Source: Eledone cirrhosa (Eukaryota). From it: a stretch of DNA of 64,000 bases. Under the pieces are notes generated by a model. That model saw nothing but the letters and a program-made list of their open reading frames with translations. It did no database searches and was not told the DNA's origin. Numbering within the stretch: position 1 is the stretch's first letter; each line of letters starts with the position of its first letter. Of this stretch, positions 54,818 through 64,000 are shown one piece after another. The stretch is from contig OZ024742.1 in assembly GCA_964016885.1 (NCBI GenBank), forward strand, positions 268,894,001-268,958,000. Direction: 5' to 3'. A program made the translations under genes and the position numbers.

Positions 54818-55883
54818 AAATTGCAATAAGAATTGCAGATTTTTAAAACTATAATCCATATTACAAGTTGTTCCCATATCCATAGTTTGGATGGGACCAC
54901 CCATCTCATACCTAAAAAGTGTCGATTAAGAGTCGGGATCCGATTGCATGATCAAGCCCGAGCTGAACGATATGGAAACAAATTGTAACATGGAATAAAG
55001 TTTACAAGAATTGCAATTATTATTGTCAATTGATATACACTCTACAAAGTACACTTGCCTTAAACCTGGAGCACAACCGAACGAAAGACGGACACAGTAA
55101 CAGCATCGCGTGTTTCATTCATGTATTTGTTTATATTTATTTCACACACAAGCCACAACCCTTAATCCTTATGTGTAGCATAAAGAAACCTTTAAGTATA
55201 TAGATAGTTTACACCAACACCTCACCCTTAACCTAGGTGTAATTTACTATCTTAATTTTTTTGTTTATCTTATTTCCTTTTATTCCTCTTTGACAAACCT
55301 CTGACCCACAGAACACCACACTCTTTCATCTCCCATCACGTATAACCCGTAACCACCTCCACACCTACAACCATCACCCTCGCCTCACCACATATGCGCC
55401 ATAATACTTATGAAACTGCCAAAACACCACAACCCTGCGAACCACACCAACCATCGCTCCCCGCCATCACCTCTTCAGTATGATCATTTCCCCAACATAC
55501 CACACATACCAAAACATTCCTTATAGCAAAACAACCAATCAGAACGGACTAAAGTTGACCACCATAAATTAATGTGAATCGATATAAACCTTTATAAGCC
55601 CTACAGGTTCAATCTGTCATTACCAGAACAGAAGTCCGACGAACTTTTTATTCCAGAATTGGGATAGATCGATATAGATCGAATCTTCAGCTGATCAATA
55701 GCGAGACGTGCGTCACTACTCAATAAACGTAATGAAGTAATAATAAATCGTCCTTTTATTATGATAATAATTACACTCTGCTTTGTTCTACTCCTGTTTA
55801 CCAACTCGAAACTACGCATTGAGTGCTCACTCGGGTGAACCTACAGTAACTGAACTTTACATTTTCTATATACACAAACACAC

Positions 55884-55885
<2 letters not shown>

Positions 55886-55979
<94 letters not shown>

Positions 55980-56062
55980 ATGTGTGTGTGTGTGTATGTG
56001 TGTGTGCGTGCGTATATAGATATGCGTGTGTGTATATAATTATATATATATAGAGAGAGAGA
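55886..56062. repeat. (TG)n/(TA)n/(GA)n microsatellite
   Basis: Directly visible. Confidence 0.95.
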
Positions 56063-56289
56063 GTAAGTAATTTTCAATACGAGATTTGTTACAGTAAATT
56101 GTGCTTAAAGTTACATCCATTATTTTAAAAGGTATAAATTCCTGACTACGACTTTTTTATATATAAACGTTACGTTACTACAATTATATAGAGAATGTTC
56201 TTGTTGGGGTAGAAATATTATTTATATGCTTTATATACTTCATGTTTCTTTCACTTCAAAATGTTAGCACATCTTCACCCAACAATCTG

Positions 56290-59200
56290 CATCTAGTGAG
56301 ATGTACATATTAGATTAGATGTTGTCTCCCTGTTTCTTCTACAACAACTACAACAGTAAGGGATCGGGCCCATCCACAGCCCCGATGGACAGAATGGAGA
56401 GGGCGTTTCCCCGAAGGACGCCGAGGGAGACGCGGGGTCACACCTACGGCTGGCCAGCTCAGCGCCTATGGTGGTGAGTAAGGAGGTAGCCAGAAGTTTC
56501 CACTGCCAGGGGTACGGTCGCAAAACTGTCGAAGAGCGACCCGTATTTTAGGAGTTTGGCCCCCTCAGCCCGACGTGCAGCAGAACATGTGTCGTTCGCA
56601 GACTACACCAGGTTGAGGCTGCAGAAAGTGGCATCCCAGACGAGGGGTTTTCCAAGGCGGAACGGGAAGATGGTCATACCATCTGGTCTTTTTCCGCCTC
56701 CTCGATCCAGCCCCACCGGCTCGAGCTGGGAAGGGAAGCCTGCAGCGTCCCAGCCATGCTTAATGACCTCGTTGAGGGTAGCATGGCGTGGAATGCAGTC
56801 GGATCTCTGGCGACATGAAAGCGAGTGGAAGCCGAAAGAGTCCACGGTGGAACCGCAGCGACATTGGTGTGGCTGGCAGATCCGGAGGCCGAGACTCAGG
56901 GAAACGCCGATGCACAGGCTATGGTTGTCTAGCTGCGTGCCAATGGAGAAGGAGGGCAGAGCATGGAGCCAGGCACAACTGTGGAGTTTGGAGGCAGCAC
57001 GAAAACAAGCAAGGCGGTGCTGGTCTAGCTGGCGTGTGATCCTGTCTGACGCCAGGCCGCACTGGATGGCATCCCAAGTGCGTTGGGGGGACTTGACGTC
57101 AACAGGGAGAGAAGGAGGAGGGACGCTAAGTGGGCTAAGTCCCAGCCTGTCACACGTTTCATAGGCGGCCTCAGGTTCTCTGAACACAGAGGATTCTGTT
57201 ATGTTGTGAAGAACCCTGCTGACGAGGACGCGGCATGAGGTTACCGACGAAAGATACGCCGGCAAAGCTAGTTAGATCGGGGACCGGAGGCCAAGGCCGC
57301 CATACTTGACAGGTAAAGTGGCCTGTTGTCACCCTATGTCCTCAAATATGACGTTGCATATCTCCTCGGCTGCTGCTCGGGTACAAGTATCGAGGTCAGC
57401 GAGGAGAGATGTCTGGCTGTAGAACGCAGCGCCGCGGAGTGTATGGAGGAGCTTCGGCATGGCGAAGCAGTTCCTCGGCAGAAAGATAGCTGGGTGGACG
57501 TCAATCTAGCCCAATCGGCTCGTGAGAGTATAGAGCTGTTGAAGCCTGGATTTGATGGTGGAGCGGATGGCCGGCGAGTGGATCGGTGACCCGAGGATGT
57601 GGATATCTTCTTTGGGGGTTACCTGAACCTGGCGGAGAATGGACCGCACGTCCAAGGCGGAGGCTGTAAAGCTCGCAGCATCGAGGCTGACTTCACCACC
57701 TCCGACTTGGTCGAGTTGACCTGTAGGCCAATTCCCGCCAGGGCAGGAACCACCGATTGAAGGTCATGGCAGACCATCCGACGGGCCCACCCAACGTAGC
57801 ATCATCCAGATACCAAATGTTGAGGGGAGGGGACGTGATACTCCGGGCGATGTGGTCAATAAGCAGGGCGAACAGGAGGACTCCCAAAGAGTCGCCCTGT
57901 TAGATCCCAGTAGCCTAGGGTATGACCGTGTCCACAGCAAGGAGCATGATCAGGGCTCCATAAGACAGGTAGGCCAGCGGGTAGGCAGAGGGGGCTCGAA
58001 TGAGGCAGGCCTCGAGCAGATGATCCCGGCGTAAAGCGTTGAAGGCATTCCTCATGTCAAGCTTGACAATGAGGTGCCTAGAGTCCCTGGATGCCGGTTA
58101 CAATGCGCAGCTGTTGAAGGAGTGCTTTGTTGCATGAACGGCCCCCTCACAGTCACCGGAAACGCCGACACGCAGTGGACTAAATTCCTCACCCAGTTCG
58201 TGTGTTACAGACTTGCAGATCACCTTGGCTGCCAGCTTCTGGAAGACATTACCCACAGCAATGGGGCGTATGTCACCCTCTTTCCTCCTAAGAATGGTGA
58301 GGCTGGCCGAAAAAAAGAGGCCTCGGGCGTAAGGGTCCAGGGCGCCATGGATGAGCCTATTGGTGAGCGCGACAATTGCACTCAGAAAGCGGTGGTGAGG
58401 GGAGATATCACCTCTTTGCAGTGGCCTGGTCGGAGACAATCAACACCAGCGCAGCTGATAGCTGGGAAGGACTTGATGGCAGACACGATATCTGCCTCCG
58501 AAGCCACAAGGAGCAAGTGGGGGTCGGGTGGTGGTATGGGTCTGAGATCAGTAGGTGGCTGAGGGTCTTTGAGTCACAGAGAAGCCAGGACCTCCAACTT
58601 CCTCCGAGCCAACAACTCTGACTGCGGCCGAGACATCACCCATGATAAGCTTGGCGTTTACCTTGTCAGATAAACGCTTGGAGCTAACCTCGGGGTGGAT
58701 GATAGGGGGTACCTGAGGCTGGGGTATGTGGCGTCCCTGGACACGCTTGGAATGGGCGCTTGCCCAAAGGACGAGACATTGTCCTTGACGAAGGCTGCTG
58801 TTGACCGGCCGCCTCGGTCAGCGCCAGAGCTGGGGAGGACGAGGGCGAGTGGGGCGAAATAGAAAAGCTGCTCCCAGTCACTGGTTCGATTGGAGACCAG
58901 GGAGCTCTCAATCGAGGAAGCGAGAGTACGGCTACCGATACCCGTTCCGCTCTCGAGACCCTGAGTGGGATCTTCCGGAGCGGCCTGAGCCGAGCGATTT
59001 TGACCAGTGAGGCTTCAGTGTCAGGCAAGCTCGTTGTCCTAGCTGGTGGTGTGCCAGACGACCATGGCTTGGAAGACGTGGGGAAGAGGCAGCTCCAGCA
59101 CCTCCACGCTGGGAGAGCATTGGAAGCTCGACGAGTCAAGCCAACGCAGGTGAGGTGGTGGAAGCAGCCGCATCTCAAACAGTTCCAGCCCCTCTTCCCT

Positions 59201-59430
59201 GTGTTAGTTGTGCTGCAAGTGCTGCAGGTGTCGGCTTGGAGGGATGCGGCATGGTGCGTGGGGCCGGGGCCTGGGGCACCGAGCGGCATCAGGGGTGGAT
59301 GGCTGGCGTGTGTGTGTGGAAGGGAAAGTGCTGGTAAGAGGGCCTCATAGTTCACCCATATATATAGAGGTGTCAGAAAACAAGAGAGAAAAGAAGGTGC
59401 TTCATGGAGCGGGACACACAGGAAGGTAGA
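56290..59430 (-). mobile_element. CRE-clade-like non-LTR retrotransposon, decayed
   Basis: GC-rich island; single long ORF broken into pieces with PHD-like finger, RT, zinc knuckle and RLE; ends approximate. Confidence 0.85.
56520..59355 (-). pseudogene. PHD-RT-RLE polyprotein, frameshifted
   Basis: CSTC...CLRC...HLTC...WRCWSC; IRPIAVGNVFQKLAAK; KLDMRNAFN; QGD; IWYLDDATLGG; CRCG...HSLSC; RH..LN; KRPDGMTIFPF...LVWDAT. Confidence 0.88.
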
Positions 59431-60734
59431 ATATTAGTAAATGAATAAGTGAGTGGATTAATGTACAAAAGGGGGTGGGGAGAAAACAGTGTGTTGTTGC
59501 ACGCACACGTGCGAGCAACTTAGCAGTTTGTCATAGGACCTTGTAGCTGGAGGTGCGTCTCTGATGCTGGGGTTAGCTTCCTCTTGTTAACGGTAGAGTT
59601 GTTATTGTTAATATCACTGTTGTCGTCGTTGCTTTCCTCTTGTTAATGGTGAAGATTGTTGGTGAAATGTCGATGTATACACATGTGTGTTGTTGATGTT
59701 AATGTCACAGTTGTTGTCGTTCTCTTCCTCTTGTTAATGGTGGTGGAGATGAACTGCTACCAGGTCGGGCTCCCAGGCAGTATGCTGAGGCTCGAGTGTC
59801 TTCTTTTACCGAAGATGCAGGGCGACGTTTTATATTAATTCCGGATTACTTTTTTTACTCTTTTAATATTTGATTAATCTTTTACTTGTTTCAGTCCAGA
59901 AATAGCCGTCAAAACGGCTTGAGCTCTGCCGTCGGGGTCATACTTTTTCCTGTATGTATATATATATAACGAAGGAGTTGTGGTAAGGAACCAGTTGGAA
60001 CATAACGCACCAGAGTAATCAATACTTAGGGGAGTAGAGTGAGTAATATGAACATGTATGACCCCGACGGCAGAGCTCAAGCCGTTTCGACTGCTATTTC
60101 TGGACTAAATTAGAATGTTTAGCCTGGAAGATAATTAGCCGAACTTTTCATGGGGGGTACTTCCCTATATGGGAAGATTGTAGTTGTCAAAGGGATTGGT
60201 CAACATTTGTTGTAAACACAATTGAGTTTATCATGGCAGTGGTTGGGAGGTAGGGTGGCTGAACTTGCCTGTAGAACAATGAGGGAGTGGATGGAGCCGG
60301 TCAAGTGTTGAAAGTGAAATCTATACAGCAGATTCTATGGATTCTGTATGAAAGTAGGCCAGAAGAAGTAGACGAAAAGGGGTTCTGGAGAAAATCGAGG
60401 AGGGTCGTTATAGAATAGGTAAATCAAGTGAGATTAGGAGACAATAAAAAAAATATAATATTGGATAGTAAGAAGTGATAATAAACAAACACTGTAGAGT
60501 TTAACACAGCTGCTATATATAGTTGTTGTTGCTTTTTCGGCCCATGCCTTAGCATAGGTTAATAAGTTGAGAATAGAAGACACTAAATACGAGTTAAAAA
60601 TTCGTATTTAGTATCTTCTATTCTCAACTTATTAACCTATTCTATACCATTGGCCGAAAAAGCAACACCAACTAAATATAGCAGCTGTTTTAGACTCTAC
60701 ATTTTTGTTTGTTTTTATCACTTCTTACTATCCA

Positions 60735-60913
60735 GTCGATTGTCAGAATCGGTAAAGGGGCGGACGCCATGCTTTCTAGCATAGTTACGTTCCTTTACGT
60801 TCTGAGTTCAAATCCCGCCGAGGTTAACTTTGCCTTTCATCCTCACGAGGTCGATAAAATAAAGTACCAGTAATATACTGTAATTTGCTGGCCTTGTGCC
60901 AAATGTAGAAACA
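60735..60913 (+). mobile_element. tRNA-derived SINE
   Basis: tgtcagaatcggta...gagttcaaatcccgccgagg...gtagaaaca; absent from the left arm. Confidence 0.88.
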
Positions 60914-61232
60914 ATTATATTTTTTATATCTTTCTTATTTTTTTATTGTCTCCTAATCTGATTTGATTTACCTATTCTATAACGTCCCTCCTCTATTTTC
61001 TCCAGAACCCGTTTTCGGCTACTTCTTCTGGCCTACTTTCATACACAATCCATATAATTTGCTGTATAGATTTCACTTTCAACGCTTGACCGGCTCCACC
61101 TACTCCCTCATTGTTCTACAGGCAAGTTCAGCCACCCCCACCTCCCACTCACTGTCATGATAGAGTTAATTGTGTTTACCACACATTTTGACCAATCCCC
61201 TTGACAACTACAATCTTCCCATATAAGGAAGT

Positions 61233-61327
61233 ACCCCCTGAAAAGTTCGGCTATTTACTTCCAGGCTAAACATTCTAATTTAGTCCAGAAATAGCCGTAG
61301 AAACAGCTTGAGCTCTGCCATCGGGAT
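61233..61327 (+). ncRNA. hammerhead fold with A at position 8
   Basis: acccc-CTGAAAA-..cggctattt...aaatagccg..-GAAA-c(a/g)gc.ttgagctct.gcc(a/g)-TC-ggg; mirror at 60061-60158 has a perfect cggc/gccg stem III. Confidence 0.6.
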
Positions 61328-61360
61328 CATACATTTTCCTATATATATATATATATATAT

Positions 61361-63435
61361 TAGTTTTGCGATATGAAGTCGTGTGTCGAAACAAATATTG
61401 TTATACTTGGGGAGGGTCATAATTGTGTAATAATATTGCCAGAATTAATAACAGAATACACTCACTGTTTGATTGGTTTTCACTTCTGTATCCTTTATAT
61501 CGGTTCATTTAATTTATTCGGTCCTCAATTTTACCATTGACTGACCAACGGTCAAAAATACATATACAATATAGACACAAACACATATATATAGTCTAAC
61601 AAAGATTTTTCGTTGCACATCTGCAACATCTTCAGTGGTGCTATTATGTTTCCTCCCCTTGCATTGTATGCCTACGCCATCTTTATTTAGTATATTTATT
61701 TATTTATTTATTTGTTTATTTGTTGTCTTCTCTGCGCATGCGTTTGCGTGTGTGTATAGTGTTTTGTTTGATGTGTGTTCGTGTTTGGGTGACTGTGTAT
61801 TGGTTATTGTATTCTATCTTAGTTTACTAGTGTGTGTTTATATGTTCTTGTTGTTATTGTGCTTGTGTATGTATTTAATTATTTATTTATTTATATTTCT
61901 CTTAGGTCAGTGTTGTTTGTTTGGGTGTTGTTGTTATTCATTCATTTTTTCTGTTTAGCCTTGGCCTTCTAAGTTCTATTTCGCTGGCCTCTCTGATTTG
62001 CCTATCTGCTGGGTCATTTCTATGTTTAGATATTATTCTAATTTCTATGTTGCCTATATTACCGTCGTGTTGTTGTCTGGCATGTTCGTATAGCACTGAA
62101 CCGATTTTTCTTCCTTTTAGTTACCCCAAGTATTGGTCTATCCTTTCACTTATGCTACGAGCTGTCTCGCCTATGTATGTTGTTGTCATGTTTCTGTAAG
62201 TACCATCTCTACATCTTATGCTGTAGACTACGTTTCTAGTTTTACAGTTTATCCGGGGGTTTACTTTACATATGATACATTTCCTATTGGTACAGTGGGT
62301 TTTCTTAAAAGGGTAGGTTTTGCTGATCAGGGATTTTAAGGTGGTTCCTGGTTTTTCTACCACCTTAATCTTTAAGTGGGTCTTTCTCAGGGCCTTTCGA
62401 CACTGGTTAGCTAATTTCCCTCCAGGGGTAGCGTCCGCAAACATGACACTCTGGTATCTCTGGTTGTCGTACCATGAGGTGGCTTTCCCTATCTTATGTC
62501 TAGTCCTATCTAAGCTATTCATATGATTTTCTCCTGTATAATGGGCAAATTCCTTTCATGTGCAGTTCTATGAGGTCTTATACTTCTCCGTGGCTTCTTA
62601 GAGTATATGAAGAGGTCTATGGAGCTCTCATCAAGGAGATCTTTGAGTCTCCTTTCTCACCATACCCTAAAATGTTTGGCGCCAATGGCTGCTCGCTCAT
62701 TTTGGGTGTAGATCTTCTCGTTGAACTTGAATATGTGTTCCTTTAGGGTAGTTTTGATACTAGCCCCTATTGCATGTGCGACCATTTTTCTTACCTGATC
62801 ATTGTTTTGGGGGTGTCCGTATAGCTTTGGTCCACCCAATCCACCTCCCATGGGAGTATTTTTTGTCACTGAGGTTATGATGTGGGGTGGGGGTCTACCA
62901 ATTATGGGCCTACAGGGGCATAAACGTCTAAGGTCATGGCTGTCTTGGTAGTCAGTGTCGTACGTAAGACTAAGTAGGAGGCCCAGTGTGTCATATAAAC
63001 ACACACTAGTAAACTAAGATAGAATACAATAACCAATACACAGTCACCCAAACACCAACACACATCAAACAAACACTATACACACAGGCAAACGCATGCG
63101 CAGAGAAGACAAAAAATAAACAAACAATAAATAAATAAACAGACTAAATAAAGATGGCGTAGGCATACAATGCAAGAGGAGGAAACATAATAGCACCACT
63201 GTTGATGTTTCAGATGTGCAACGAAAGAACTTTGTTAGACTATATATATATGTGTTTGTGTCTATATTGTATCTATATTTTTGACCGTTGGTCAGTCAAT
63301 GGTAAGATTGAGGACCGAATAAATTAAATGAACCGATATAAAGGATACAGAAGCGAAAACCAACCAAACAGTGAGTGTGTTCTCTTATTAATTCTGGCAA
63401 TACTATTACACAAATATGACCCTCCCCAAGTATAT
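61361..63435 (-). mobile_element. truncated, inverted PLE with ~440-bp inverted pLTR arms
   Basis: Arms ~61400-61835 and ~62995-63435; tail 61361-61395; ORF remnants KEHIFKFNEKIYTQNERAAIG and CTNRKCIICK...VVYSIRC...YIGETARS. Confidence 0.88.
61600..61637 (-). ncRNA. minimal type I hammerhead ribozyme
   Basis: ca-CTGAAGA-t-gttgca.gatg.tgcaac-GAAA-aatc-TT-tg; mutated mirror at 63197-63234. Confidence 0.6.
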
Positions 63436-63849
63436 CTATATCTATATCTCTCTCTCTATATATATATATACATATGTGTGTGCGTGTCTGTGTATACAAT
63501 GATAGATTGTCAGGATTTATGTAATGGGAAAATCTCATATATGAAATTCTTTTTCACTTGATATTTATAATTTGCTCGATACGTTATATCCCACGATTGT
63601 TGCAGGTAGCTTGCGGTATTTTTACTACATTTTTTTCTTCGGTCTGGTCCACCTAAGAGTTGCACATAGCTGTCGCTGCATTTTACACATTTAGCTGGGC
63701 TTTTATTAAATTAGTTGAATTCTTAATGCCGCGTAACTGTAACTTGATTTGTTGCTGTCTGGCAACACGTCCAGTTGTCGCTTGCAGTACGGTAAATGGT
63801 GGTGAATTAGATGTTGGTAATGTTCATGACAATTTATGTGCTTATATGC

Positions 63850-64000
63850 GCGCACACACACACATAAACACATACACACACACATACACACAAACATACA
63901 CCTATGTATGTATGTATGTATGTATGTATGTATGTATGTATGTATGTATTTATGTATATATGTATGTGTGTGTGTGTGTGTGTGTGTATGTGTGTGTGTG
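63850..64000. repeat. (CA)n/(TATG)n/(TG)n microsatellite
   Basis: Directly visible. Confidence 0.95.

Larger units (their letters stand above)
59968..61340. mobile_element. PLE pLTR-like fold-back with degenerate HHRs; SINE in right arm
   Basis: Arms ~60053-60592 and 60601-61338; tail 59968-60052; third partial copy at 59891-59950; flanked by (TA)n. Confidence 0.82.

Noticed and set aside
59575-59745. CRISPR-like repeat-spacer pattern (also 46284-46445)
   Set aside because: Eukaryotic context, no cas genes, and spacers are similar to each other, so these are degenerate tandem repeats

Overview
Eukaryotic, AT-rich, microsatellite-rich genomic DNA with no host gene that I can support. An invertebrate host is likely; the SINE family and repeat landscape recall octopod cephalopods, but this is an unverified inference. 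Almost all recognisable sequence is retroelement-derived. (1) Many Penelope-like element (PLE) insertions from several families sit in (TA)n tracts. They range from a near full-length decayed RT+GIY-YIG copy (3747-8392) to fold-back mini-elements of 0.2-2 kb made of two inverted pLTR 3' ends, with an extra 'tail' on one arm. Most carry type I hammerhead ribozyme (HHR) folds. Some are canonical (14107-14173, 14384-14450, 43287-43350, 54347-54393), and others have family-fixed core variants (U3-A8 plus GCAA at 8195-8231; CAGAAGA at 12523-12571). (2) A ~14 kb array (27.8-42.1 kb) holds four Tx1/L1-like LINE copies, a Dong/R4-like RLE element and tRNA-derived SINEs, all separated by (TAA)n tracts. 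(3) A head-to-tail dimer of a Helitron-like non-autonomous element is flanked by an apparent 11-bp duplication. (4) A decayed CRE-like RLE element has an N-terminal PHD finger. All coding regions are disrupted. Clade names, folds and identities were judged by eye and need computational confirmation.
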